DNA of 45,732 nucleotides, counting the filler, from Catajapyx aquilonaris (lineage: Eukaryota), in the NCBI GenBank assembly GCA_000934665.2. It is 2 parts of 2 records of this genome, joined end to end, with 100 filler letters (N's around TTAATTAATTAA, not from the genome) between each part and the next. Parts side by side here need not be neighbours in the genome. Positions count along the whole stretch, not along the records: positions 22,917 to 45,732 come from JYFJ02005806.1; 1 more part is not named here. One strand, given 5' to 3'. The position numbers and the translations under genes were made by a program. The notes under the pieces are model-generated. The model saw only the letters and a program-made list of their open reading frames with translations, was not told the DNA's origin and did no database searches. This document shows, one piece after another, positions 25,433 through 37,294 of the stretch (the first letter of the stretch is position 1; each line of letters starts with the position of its first letter).

Positions 25433-27445
25433 TCATTTCATTTTGCCATTATTGCAATACTTCTCATATCCAAAGGCTAACCACGACGCGGCCAATCCTA
25501 CAAGCCACAGGCCAAACACATTGGTCATCTTATACAAACTGAGGAGACTATGCACCTCCTCACTCCCATGCATGAAGTTGTTGCGTTGACGAGATATTCT
25601 GAAATAATTTCTCACAAAATTTCCGTGATATGCCACACGTTTGGCTTGGTTTACCACACGTGCTTCCAACAGCCTTTGCAACACACGGTCCTCGTCTGCG
25701 AAGTGGACATCGTCTCTACCGTATGCCGGAGCAGAGTACGCCTTAAAATTTTCCTCAGGCAGAAACAGAGTCTTGGGATGCCCCTTGTGGTCCAGGAAAA
25801 AGTCTCGTTCTTGGTCGTAAAATGCATCCAGAATGACGCACGCAAACGCGTGCGACTGCGTACGCTCCATGCAGCCTCGCAGGTCCGGAACCGTCATCAT
25901 CATGTCAATCATGTCACTGTGCAGAGGGCTGTTCGCATGTTCTAATGCCATGGAGTAAAAGGCCGCCAGCAGGTATGTCGTACCCCAGGTCATCTTGGAG
26001 TCGTGGAGCTCTTGGATATTGCGAGGAAGGACCTCAGGTTCTGGGAAGGTGATCATCATGACTAGCTTGGTCTTGTACAGACAGCCGATCACCATCGAAA
26101 ACACGAGGTAAAACGCTATGAAAATCCGGACATTAGTGTCTCGGGTGTACTCAAGAGGTCGTTCCACCAGGTTTCCCAACAAGTTGGTCATGTGGGTGCA
26201 GATTTTGGAGAGTTTCGAACCCCTCTGTTGTTGATCCAGAAAGGATAGGACGAATGAGGCGAGTAGGATGCAGCAGAACAGAGCAATCCACAGAGGTGGT
26301 TCAAATGGCTGGACTACGAGGTACCACTTGATGTCAGGTCTGGGTGTGCGTGTGACAATCCCTGGTTGTAAGAAGAGGCAAGGGTAGCTCAGCTGGGTGG
26401 CTCTGGAGGCTGTGTCGGAGAAGAAGGCTCCTGCCTGCCAATCCATGTTTCCGGCCATGATGTCGTGAGATATCCCCGTCAGGCTACCGTTTGGGTTCAC
26501 CTCCGTGGTCAGAAGACCAGGGTTGGTCAGGGTGATGGCCACATTGAATGAGTATTCCATTATCATGAAAAATTCTTCGATGCATGACACATACTCGTCG
26601 TTCGCCTTTCGAAGCCTTGCATGCTTGATGTCTAACTTATCGATGTAACCGACGGTTAAAGACTTGCCGTTCATGTCCCTGGTTGGACTTGGGAACAAAT
26701 CCTTCTGCTCAGAAGACTTGCTGAAATTTGCAGGAAAGTTGAGACGATTTTGTCCTGATTTGCAGCAGTAGCACACTGTGTGTATGGCCAGTGTGGATGT
26801 GTCCGAGTCCAAGTGTGAGAGCAGCTTGAGCCTGATTCCCTGGAGAGGATCCTTCAGAAGCCAATTCTCGGGTTGGGTGTGATCTTTGTCTCGGATGTGG
26901 ATCAAGACTGGATCGTACAGGTTTCGAATCATGAATGAATTTGCAGTGCTCATGATGAGCTGTGGCAGTGCTGATCCATTCCTGGACAGAATAAGGTTGA
27001 AGGCGCAGCTTCCTCCTGGCCAGAGTCTGCCCCTGAGTTCTGGAGGTTGGGTACGAAACGACAGGAGGTGTTCAGGTCTCCATATCCAGGGGTAATCTCT
27101 GTAGTCGAAGTGGAAGGAGTCCATCCTCGAGAGGACAGCGGGACGGTAGGTGACCACTTGGCTCCTGATCAGCACTTGCTGCAGCTCTGAGCTCATCATC
27201 TCCTGGTGATCCATGCCTATTCCCAGGGAGCAGTCGGTGAAGTACTCGTCCAAATGGTATGTAACCAGCTCGGACAAAAGGTCATCTTCCAAGCTCTCTT
27301 TTGCAATATACAATCTCTTCTGTGAATATAGAAAACTCACTGTAAAACTGAGCTAAGAAAATGAAAAACTTGCGAAGGTACTTACTGAACAAGTATAACT
27401 ACAAAGAAGAACTCCAAGGAGTGTTCCACATACCCAATTCAACAT
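25433..27445 (-). CDS. Divergent ionotropic receptor (variant iGluR chemoreceptor) A; exons 27445-27386, 27319-25433
   Basis: Signal-peptide exon MLNWVCGTLLGVLLCSYTCS, VCYCC motif, S1 ..R.TQLSYP, PFEPPLW-M1, M3 LYKTKLVMMITFP, C-terminal M4 VFGLWLVGL...FGYE. Confidence 0.85.
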
Positions 27446-28003
27446 GTTTCCGAAACTTAAATAACCTAGTTCCGATTCCACGTCATTTTCGAAGGTCAGC
27501 ACAATATTGTCACGACTAGTCAGATTTATGGCGACATTATTCAGTTAGGTGTGGCCGTCACAAATCATTTAAATCATAGTCTCACAAAGAGCCGGGTATT
27601 CTATTTCTGTCATGCCAGGTCCTCACCTATACAGCAGGCCTGACCTTTAGAGATTTGAAATTGTAGCCTTCAGATGCAATTCCAGGACGTTTATAAAGCT
27701 GCAGTATATTGATCAAGATGTTTACAATGATTGCTTATGTATTAGGCAATTAGGGGAATGTCTCTGCAAGAAGAACGAACGGCATTGCATATGAGCTGAT
27801 ACTTTTATTAACAAGTGCATTAGCAATATATAGGGAGTGCGAACATTCACAATCAGTGTGTGCTCGACTTTCTGTCGTATTTCTGACTATACTATTAATG
27901 CGGCATAAGTTTATTATTGTACAAGAATTACCCCCTCGTATTACAGGCGCATAATTATGAAGCTGTTATTTAGGTGACAGAAACAGAACCATTACATTTT
28001 GAT

Positions 28004-30046
28004 TCATGCCCCAGTAAATTCTTCATTATTCATATCTTCTCGTTTCATTTTTCGACATTTCTCGTAGGCAAAACCAATCCCAGCTGCGGCTAAGCCAATG
28101 AGCCACATACAAAAGACGTAGGACAACTTCTTAAAACTGAGCACAGTGGATTTTTCTCCGCCATAGCCTCTTTGGTTCTCCTGAGAACCTCGAAAGAAGT
28201 TGATAATAAAAGTGCGGTAATTTGCCATGTTGATCAGGTGGTCAAAGGCACGTGCCTCCACCAGCCTTTGAAACACCCTGTCCATGTCCTGGTAATAGAC
28301 GTGGTCTCTTCCGTAAGATGGACCGGTGTACATCTCCAAGTTTCCTTCCGGAAAGAACACGATTTGCGGGTTGCCTTGAGCATCCAAGAAATTGTCACGT
28401 TCCCGATTGTAGAAGTAGTCCGGGAGAATGCAGGCAAAGTTATCTGTCGTTGTGAGCTCCATGCACTCCAACACAGTCTGCAATGTCACCATGTGATCGG
28501 CTATGTAGTGGATCAGGGGATTGTCTACCCCCTCAAGCAAGATCGAGAAGAGGATCACCATGAAATCGGCTGATCCCCATGACATCCCAGATCCATAGAG
28601 TTCGTGGAAGCTTCGAGGCAAAGCTTCGGGTTGAGGAAAGGTGATGAAGGACACCAGCTTGGTTCTGTACAAGCAGCTGACCACCATCGAAAAGAATAGG
28701 TACACAGCGGCGAAAGTCATGGTCGGTGTGTCATGAGTGTACTCCAAAGGTTCTTCCAGCAGATTCGCCATCAGGTTGCTCATGTTGTGGCAGATTCTGG
28801 AGGCCACTTTCAACACTGGTGTCCTTCCTTCCTCCTGTGCTCGATTTATAAAGTACAGGGCAACCGAGGAGAAGAGCAGGCAGAGAAACAGTGTAAGCCA
28901 CAATGTCGGAGCGAATGGTTGGAATATGAGGTACCATTTCATGTCTGGTCGGGGAGTACGGGTCACCAGCCCTGTTCGTAGAAACATGGCTGGATAGCTC
29001 AGCAACGTTGCTCTCGTTGCGATGTCCGAGTAGAGGGTTCCGGCCTGCCAGTCCACCTTCTTGGACATGATCTCGTGGGATATTCCAGTCAAACTTCCGT
29101 TTGGGCTCAGCTCGGTGTTGAGAAGACTTGGCTGGGCCAGGATCGTGAAGAAGTTGAACACCTCCTCTAGGATCAAGAAGAACTCTTCGATCGCAGTCAC
29201 ATGCATATTGTTCTTCTTCCGAATCCTCGCATCCTCCAGGTACACGATCTCGATGTAGCCCACCACATACTTTTTGCCATTCATGTTTCGAGGCGGCATC
29301 GAAAAAAGATCGTGATCAGAGTGAGTCGTGCTGAAGCTGATCGGCGGATTCAGATCGTCATGTCCAGACTTGCAGCAGTAACAGACGTTGTGAACAGTCA
29401 GCGTGGATGTGTTTGGATTGAAGTGTGACATAAGTTTCAGACTGATTCCTCGAACCGGATCCTGAAGGAGGAATCTCTGTGGGTTGTGGTCTGTCTGATC
29501 TTGGACATGGATGAAGACCGGGTCGTACACGTTTCGGAACATGTGCGAATTAGCGGTGGTCATGATCAGTTGGGGTAAAGTGGAGGCGTTTCTGGCTAGG
29601 ATCAGATTGAATGTGCATTTGCCTCCGGTCACCAAGGTTGACCTTAGTTCAGGAGGCTGGGTACGGAAGGACAGGAGGTGGTCTGGCCGCCAGATCCACT
29701 TGTAGTCCTTGTGGTCCCAGTCGAAACCGGTCATCCTGGACAGCACCATGGGCCAGTACCTCCCATCCTGGTTGCGGATCAGAACCTTCTGAAGCTGCGT
29801 GCCCATTTCCGTGTGATCCATCCCGATCCCCAAGGAACAGTCTGAATAGTGTGTATCCAAAATGTGTCCGATCACACTCGCCAATGTGGCATCTTCCTTG
29901 TTGACTGTCCCTAAATTCTGAATATTGAAAAGAGGATAGAGCGACATTAGCAAAAAGATATTTGGCAATAAGACCACACTTACAAGTGAATATTCTGGTA
30001 CAGTAATATCGCAGGCGATGAGAAAACAGAGCAGTATCAAGTACAT
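28004..30046 (-). CDS. Divergent ionotropic receptor B (tandem paralog); exons 30046-29984, 29917-28004
   Basis: Same architecture; shares WRP.HLLSFRTQPPELR, VCYCCKSG, PNGSLTGISH, DWQAG and TRTPRPD.KWYL with receptor A. Confidence 0.85.
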   Translation of the reverse strand: MYLILLCFLIACDITVPEYSLVSVVLLPNIFLLMSLYPLFNIQNLGTVNKEDATLASVIGHILDTHYSDCSLGIGMDHTEMGTQLQKVLIRNQDGRYWPMVLSRMTGFDWDHKDYKWIWRPDHLLSFRTQPPELRSTLVTGGKCTFNLILARNASTLPQLIMTTANSHMFRNVYDPVFIHVQDQTDHNPQRFLLQDPVRGISLKLMSHFNPNTSTLTVHNVCYCCKSGHDDLNPPISFSTTHSDHDLFSMPPRNMNGKKYVVGYIEIVYLEDARIRKKNNMHVTAIEEFFLILEEVFNFFTILAQPSLLNTELSPNGSLTGISHEIMSKKVDWQAGTLYSDIATRATLLSYPAMFLRTGLVTRTPRPDMKWYLIFQPFAPTLWLTLFLCLLFSSVALYFINRAQEEGRTPVLKVASRICHNMSNLMANLLEEPLEYTHDTPTMTFAAVYLFFSMVVSCLYRTKLVSFITFPQPEALPRSFHELYGSGMSWGSADFMVILFSILLEGVDNPLIHYIADHMVTLQTVLECMELTTTDNFACILPDYFYNRERDNFLDAQGNPQIVFFPEGNLEMYTGPSYGRDHVYYQDMDRVFQRLVEARAFDHLINMANYRTFIINFFRGSQENQRGYGGEKSTVLSFKKLSYVFCMWLIGLAAAGIGFAYEKCRKMKREDMNNEEFTGA

Positions 30047-31307
30047 GCTGCTTCCCAAAATTGCGACGACTACAATGCATAGACTACATATCCGGGCTAA
30101 TACGCGCCTTCCGACATGTAAGTCATGCAAGATAATTACGTCATGAATTTTTATACGAGTTGGGATTGCCGATAATTTTATCTTTGTGGAATACCAAAGG
30201 AGCAAGTTCACATGTATCACACGACTAATGATAGTGTTTGTGCATGTGCTCCGTATGTCGTGACATAATGTTTGGGTCTGACTTCCTTATCTTATGGAAG
30301 CGCCTTACTTCCTTGTCTGTGGTTCCAGCCGTCGCGCGACTGATCCTTCGGCTACAGTGTCAAGATTCATTGGTTTAGCTGGTGCATATTTAATGTCTAA
30401 ATGAGCCTATCCTGCTGAAATCGGAAATTGCGAAATATTTTTCCTGCACTTTCGTGACATAACTCAGCATGTATGCCCTTGAACCCTGGCGTTGCTATGG
30501 GATAATTATGGAAAGTACTTCGATGTACTTTTGCACTTATTCGATAGTATTAAAGCACTTTATTTGTGGGGTTATTTGTGAATGGAAATCAGCTCTGTAA
30601 GTAAAAAAACATACCGGCCGGTACCCCCCAATCATATCTAGTTACTTGACCAGTTCTTTTTTGTCACTTTGTATATCTTGTATACTTTGCCCGTCCTTGA
30701 GTTCAAGTGGGGGTAGGCTCCCAGCGTACATTGCCTTGGATTAAAAGGGGTCGGGAGAAAACAAAATAAAAAATAAAGCTGGCCAATCACATAGCAACGA
30801 ATGTTCTAGAGAATGTGAACTGGTAATGTGACGTACCCTTCGTACGTAGTGAGTAGGCGTCAAGTTACGCTATAAACATCTAGGTCCTATTGCCCACAAT
30901 ATTTACTCCGGTTCAAAAAACAATGTTTTATGTTATTGCAACTGGTTATACGAGAATGATATTGCTGCTCTCATTTAGAAATTATTGTCAGGTTTAATGA
31001 TCAGTGACAAGTGAATAAGGGCGTGGTTGCACTGCCGGTTGCACTCACATGACTGCGTAGGAATACTATTGGTAGCCTCTAATTTCATCATCCTCACTAC
31101 ATGACTGGCGAGTAGAGAAGAAGGTCGTGCGCTCATACATGGGAGAGGAGGTATGATTTTTCAGACATTAGTTGGATAATTATGAGTCACATTATTAATG
31201 CCACAGCTTCAAACTCATGTGCCAACTCATGCTCATTATAGCACAGATTTAACGTGCATTACAAAATGTCATATTCGTAAATCTATCTTCTTTTCAGGAG
31301 AAGCCAA

Positions 31308-32002
31308 ATGGCCAGACGGATCAAGAAAGGCAACACCCCCCTGGAAAATTTCCTCATAGTGCTTAGAAGGTAAGAGTCATGCACAAACAGATAATTATGA
31401 GGGCAATATTTTTTAAAAAATCTGGACATAATGTGGATATGTTGTCTTACTCATTCACAATCTTTTGCAGCATATTCCCTTGGATTTTAAAAATGCATAA
31501 TAAACCACCACGACCACCACGGTCATGTGCCAACTGCAGAACTGCCTGTCAAAACCCAATGCAATCAAGAGACCCCAAGATTAACCTGCAAGGTCCGATT
31601 AATATAAGGGACAGCGTTGTCCACATTGGCGACCAATATAACATCCATGGCATCTGCATAAGTGGCATTCATGGCACAGGAAATGTCAATATAAGAGGGA
31701 AGATAAACATAAAAAATAGCACAGTGCATTTTGGGGATCGAAATGAAGTCCAGGGGTGGACTTTTCCTAACATCATTCCGTTGCCGATTCTGGTTCTGGT
31801 TCGTCTGGTCCATTTACCATGTAAGCATTTCCTTATGTTTCTGTTTTCTAGCGTTAAATGCATAATAGCACAGTTGCCAAAATTGCTCATACTATATTCC
31901 ACAATATTAATATATTTTATTTTCCCTTTTGCAGCTTGGCTGAGGATGATGTACATAATTTATGTACTGTATATACTGGCAGGAGGAGATGGTGAGGAGT
32001 AA
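31308..32002 (+). CDS. Small (about 160 aa) protein with two RHIM/cRHIM-like repeats and a hydrophobic C-terminus; exons 31308-31369, 31471-31820, 31935-32002
   Basis: Strong splice sites (AG|gtaaga, ttttgcag|, T|gtaagc, ttttgcag|) with consistent phases; repeats INIRDSVVHIGDQYNI and INIKNSTVHFGDRNEV lie 35 aa apart. Confidence 0.62.
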
Positions 32003-32600
32003 CAAAAGCAGTATGGATTTTTAATGTGCAAATGAGAGAGAGTGAATGAGTGAATGGGTAATGTTTATTTCGTGGCCACAGTATAAAAGTGTTGAATCTA
32101 CGTTGGACCAATGTACAGAGAAACAAGATTATCTCATGTGAGATAAAGCTCTGAGATGAAGCAGGGCAAAGTTATTTGCGTATGTTAGTCCTTGTGATCT
32201 GTCCAATATGCAATCATTTTAATGCTGTAGGCCCCATAGCACAGAGGATGGTGCTATGGTTCATGGTTATCCCTGGAACACCATGTGTGAAATACCCACC
32301 TGCAACAAATTAAAAGAAGGGAAAATTGCCTGGCAATGGTCTGAGATTTCTTGTGTCGTGAGTGGGTAATTCACCTGATGGTGTTCGGGATGTTTGGTGG
32401 TCCTGCTGATGACTCGTCGAGATTTCTTCTTTTCTTCTGCTTCTGGTGTTTTTACACTAGAGTGCCATGCCCACCTGAGAGATGGTCACAATGGTATATG
32501 TCCTCTTCTAGCTATAGTGGGAAATGAGCTAGCAGAGGGCATATTACATTGTGACCAAGTCTCCGTTGTGTCTGGGACTCTAGTGTAAAAGAGGAGCTAC

Positions 32601-32965
32601 AATGGTCAAAAGTTTTGTGAAACATGAATTTTTCAGAAAACTTCCTTTTCTATGCTTTTCCAACTAATGTTTTTTGCTCCTGCCTGTTCACTTTCGTAAG
32701 AGCCATTTGCAATCGTCCAGGGGGTGGTGAGGGGTGGGTCGTCAGGAGAGGTTTGGGCGGGAGGGGAGTAAGTTTCGGGCTCAGAATGGGTTTTTCCTCC
32801 CCACCCGCCCAAACCACTCCTGACTACCCACCCCTCACCACCCCCTGGACAATTTCAAAAGGCTCTTAAGAAAGTGAACAGACAATGAGTGGAAAACCTT
32901 AAAAGAAAAATCATAGACAAAGAAGTTTTCCAAAAAATTCATTTTTTATTAAACTTTTGAGCATT
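32601..32965. mobile_element. Fold-back MITE with about 165-bp inverted arms
   Basis: gtccagggggtggtgaggggtgggtcgtcaggagaggtttgggcggg pairs with cccgcccaaaccactcctgactacccacccctcaccaccccctggac; complementarity extends outward. Confidence 0.75.
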
Positions 32966-35010
32966 ACTGTGATAGTCAGTGTGGTTGGAAGAAAAGAAGG
33001 TACAGTACGGTCACAGTATATGGGCGTTACACTAAAGACCGGCATAGGGCACGGGTGGCACACCAGAGACTAGTGGCGCAAATGTTCACAGTCTTGTCGT
33101 TGGCACACTTTTCTATATAAATATAAAAGCGCCCAGAGGTGAAGAAAAAGAGAAGTTGCAAATCATACCCGTGCCCCGAGAATTGCCGAAGGGTCCCAGG
33201 AGAGGGGACCGACTCTTTTCAGAGGTCCTAGTTTGCTTGTGTCACCCAGCATGGTTATTTTTACTCAAGCTTTGTACAAGACTCATCTCTCCAGTTTCCA
33301 AGAGCCTGTGGTTGAAATGGTGCTGTTTCTTTATAATATGATCGCACCTGCTATGGCTGGATCACATTGATTTTGGATGTGCTTTTGATGGTGACAGTAA
33401 GAAAGAGTGAGATCGTTGGGTCTAAGTAAACTGATCCCCTCCTTCATCGCAAATGTTAGTCAACTCAATAGTTGGCAATAAGTCCAGGCGCAAAGGGGGG
33501 GGGGGGGGGTTTTGGNGGGGATTTGGAAGTAATGTGTTGTCCGAGCTCCTCCCTGAGCATCAGGCTTCATCGACATTTCTTGCGTGCAAAAAATATGTCA
33601 CCCGGGGTTCAGTGCCTCCTGACAGAAACCAAGTTTCTCTGTTTGCGCCTGGCCTGAGAGAGATGAGGCTTGAGCAGAAAGATCATGCTGTGAGAGACCA
33701 GCCTGACTCAACGGACTCTGAAAAGCTGGTGTGTACATTGTGCGAGAAGCACCTTTGCATCTTTAAATAGTACCTGACTTAAGTCAGGTAAATTGTAATA
33801 TGATTGCATGTTTCTTGGAACGTTATAGTGCCAACTGTCTTGGCAAAGAAGCAATATCCAATTTGTTTTCCCTCAACACTGTTAAAACTTTCAAGTGTGT
33901 AAGGTGTACTGAAAAAATTGACATATGGCAAAGAGATACATAATTGTTGAAACAAGCAAAACATGACACCACAGCTTGACAATCAGGCACATGGCAGGAC
34001 CAATTAATATACTATGCTGGGAGATTAATGACAACTACTCCAGAAAGGTTTAACTTTTGTCAGAAAATACCAAATGTGACGGGACCTGTTACAAGTTGTG
34101 GTTTTAGAAATGTTGATGAGATAATTTATGTATCTGCCTGTCATTGTTAAGAATGATTTAATTTGTAAAAGTGAAAATCAAATTTTGGGTTTCAATATTG
34201 TAACATGATGCAGAGGAAGGACCATCTTCAATGTCAAAAGTCTTTAGGAACGTCTCAATACTCGCGACGTAACTGTTTACGTACCTGACTGATTAATAAT
34301 AATGGTGGAGAGAAAGTAAAGTGGGCTCTACACAGGCGGTCCGACTCCGACTCTCTCCGACTCAGAGGCATCGGACACCCTATTCAGAGAGAGGTCTGCT
34401 GTCCGATGTTCGTAGGTGGGGGGACCCGTTTTTGTGGAGGGGGGTGGAGGGTGGGGAACAAGTCTTAGAGAGATGGTGGTGGTGGAGCGGGGGCAAAATT
34501 TGTTTACGTGGAGGTGAAGGTGGTGTGGGGTGCAACGAGTTCGCCAGGAAGGCACCACGAGCCAATCAGAGAGCGGCGTTCCTCCGAGTGTCCCTTCACA
34601 CAGTTTCACACGTTTTGCCCCACCCACACTCCCATCTCCGACTTTCTTAGGTGACCTGAGCTGGCCTCCCTGGCTCCGACGTGGAATGCCATTCACACAG
34701 AAGGTTCGATGGTCGAATTTTGTCGAATCCGTGTACGACCTGACTGTGTAAAGCCCATTTAATATTTGTGTCGTGATCGTATATGACATCACAGAAATTG
34801 GGGCTTCCTGTTTTAGTGGACAGGCACTGAAATAACTGGGTTCTACAAATTCAACATTGTTGTAATAAAAGTTGAAGCTATGCAGTTGAGTCCTAATAAT
34901 GTCAGAGAGGCCGGAATAAAAGAAACCTCACTATTTATCTAGTGTCATGTACGATTCCAGCCATCGAGGTACAGATATTTAAAACTGACAGTATCTCATG
35001 TGAACACTTA

Positions 35011-35136
35011 GGGCCGGTTTCACCGAGCCCGGTTTTGATAAAAACCCCGGTTCTTCGGAAAATCCCTGCAAATAGAATAGGGATTTTCCAAAAGAACCGG
35101 GGTTTTTATCAAAACCGGGCTTGGTGAAACCAGCCA
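35011..35136. mobile_element. Tourist/PIF-Harbinger-like MITE
   Basis: Near-perfect palindrome starting GGGCCGGTTTCACC, with TTA on both flanks (35008-10 and 35137-39). Confidence 0.8.
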
Positions 35137-35316
35137 TTAATTGCAGGTGTTATCTGTTAAAAAAAAGTTTTGGACAATTGTACCCTGTCATTATACGATC
35201 AACAGCACTTTACCAGGGTGAAGCACCTTATTATTTCCCATACTTTCCCTTGCATGAGTGCTGTTGGTTGTATGGTTCCAGGTTACCCTTGTCTGAAACT
35301 TTTCTTTAATGGGTTT

Positions 35317-35565
35317 TAGTGTTAGACTATGCCAAGGAGGCCTGTGCAATAAGACTTGCGCCCATAAAATTAGTGTCAGGATCATGCATGTGTACTCCGA
35401 TTCTTTTGAGTTTGGACTGATGTCCCCATTGTCTTCATTTCTGGAAATGACAACAATGGTGACATTGGCCCGAACTTAAAATAATCGTAGTACACATGCA
35501 TGATACTGACACTAATTTTATGGGCGCAAGTCTTATTGCATCCTCCTCGGTCTAGTCTAGCACTA
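35317..35565. mobile_element. Fold-back MITE (about 250 bp)
   Basis: tgcaataagacttgcgcccataaaattagtgtcag pairs with ctgacactaattttatgggcgcaagtcttattgca; arms extend inward and outward. Confidence 0.75.
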
Positions 35566-37294
35566 GAAAAGCAAGGACTTGCACATATTCCAACAAATCT
35601 CTAACTTGATGGCTACACTTTTATCATAGTTTTTGTTAATTTGTGTGTTTTAAGTTATTAATCAGTTTGGTTCAAGCGTATTTATTGTCTTCAATTTAAG
35701 AAGATATGTTGTCGCTTGTTGTATTGGGTTGATATTACTATGTTGGTTTTAATTCTCTAGTAGAATTTAGTCGTACGAACATAAAAGGGAGTAGAGTAGT
35801 GGGTTTGTTTCAAAGCTATTTTGGTGGATTGGGAGAGGAGTAACAGTTTCAAAGCCATTTCTAAAATTTGGGGAATTTATGGTGTCAAACTATTCTGCAA
35901 CTTCCGCAGAATGCCAGATATGATGATTATGTCCTTTATTGAAGTTTCACTTAGTCTCAGGAGAGATTTTTTAATGCAGTTCTTTCACCTGTTCAGCACA
36001 AAATTTTCACAGAAGTGCAATCTACTATGGACAGGTTAATTCTATATCAATCAGAAAGTGCCTTACAATTCAATGGAAGGAAGGAGTTACTCCTCTCTCC
36101 TAATAATCCCATTCTTTTTAAACTTACAAATTGAAATATCATCAGAAGCGTTATATTTGCTCTGGATGTACACACGAAATTATTTTTTATCCTCGATACA
36201 AACCAATCAAGAGTGTTGCCTGAGGTAAAATTGTAACAAATAATGAAACTTTGAGTCACCTGTGATACTCCTGTAGTCGAGATGCATGTAAGCAGATGGA
36301 TGATACATCTGGAAGAGTGTCGGACATGGGCCTGCATGCCCAAGGGAAGAGAAAGCTCTGTACTTACTCTCAATCTCACTCCTTGAAATAGGGTGGAGTT
36401 TAATAAAAGGTGGTTTGAAACTTGTAGTTTGGCCTTATTCTTGGTTCGCACCACTATTTCTCCCTAGATATGATGAGAATGAGCCTGAGGAGATGTAGTA
36501 GTGGCGCATCACCAATTCTTATTGTTGGGTGACAGCGAGTATCCTGTGGAAAGGAGGGAACATAAATTGAAAGAATCTGAAGAAGTAATTTGTTTTTGGA
36601 TTAGCTATTTAAAAAGTACTATTCAAATGCACTCTACAGTTTGCACGAGGAATTACTATTCAGTTGGCTGCCTTGATTGACTGCAAATTTGAATATAATT
36701 AAATTAAACAGCCATTTTTAAAAATATGACATTGAATTTCTCACACTGAAGGGCAGGTTAATCAAATGAATATTAGTCACATTTCAAAAAGTAGATATTC
36801 CTGCAAAAAAATGAATGAATATAACCTAGTAATTAACAGTTGGAATTTAAGCAGTTATTTAGCCCAGTTTTATTATATTTAACTGCGGAGATGCTCAGGT
36901 TGCACCATGCTGCATCATCTGTTCACTGCTGCAGCAGGAGTAACACTCAAGGAATTCACTCCGCGCCTGGGCAGAAACAAAAACAATCCATTGGCGTAGA
37001 TTAGAGCCAATCCTCTCACAGTTAGTCACGTGCATCGGATCATTGAACAAGAACAGATGCTCACTGAGGCCACGTTTGCAATCGCTTCGACTGAGGTTTT
37101 GCCACAAAACGTAAGTATAAAAATCAATCAACTTATCGCCACTTTTGCAGGTACCGGTATGTTGAAGAACACAGAAATTAGTATAGTGACTATTACCAAT
37201 ATCTTGGAGGCAGAGAAAGCTGAGATAGTGCACTATACTCTCAAAATGGGAGGAGTAGGCTAATGAATGATATTTGATGGGAAGAGTGCATGTA

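Noticed and set aside
30047..30220. N-terminal extension of the 738-aa IR ORF
   Set aside because: It begins at a non-ATG codon; comparison with the paralog and signal-peptide position favour the ATG at 30046.
31343..32330. kappaB-like sites (GGAAAATTTCC, GGACTTTTCC, GGGAAAATTGCC) around the RHIM-like gene
   Set aside because: Short degenerate motifs lying in coding sequence or downstream; not distinguishable from chance without data.
33453..33770. piggyBac-like Cys-rich tail (CTLCEKHLC)
   Set aside because: Only a short motif; no transposase core or TTAA-flanked TIRs seen, and the ORF crosses a low-quality poly-G/N run.
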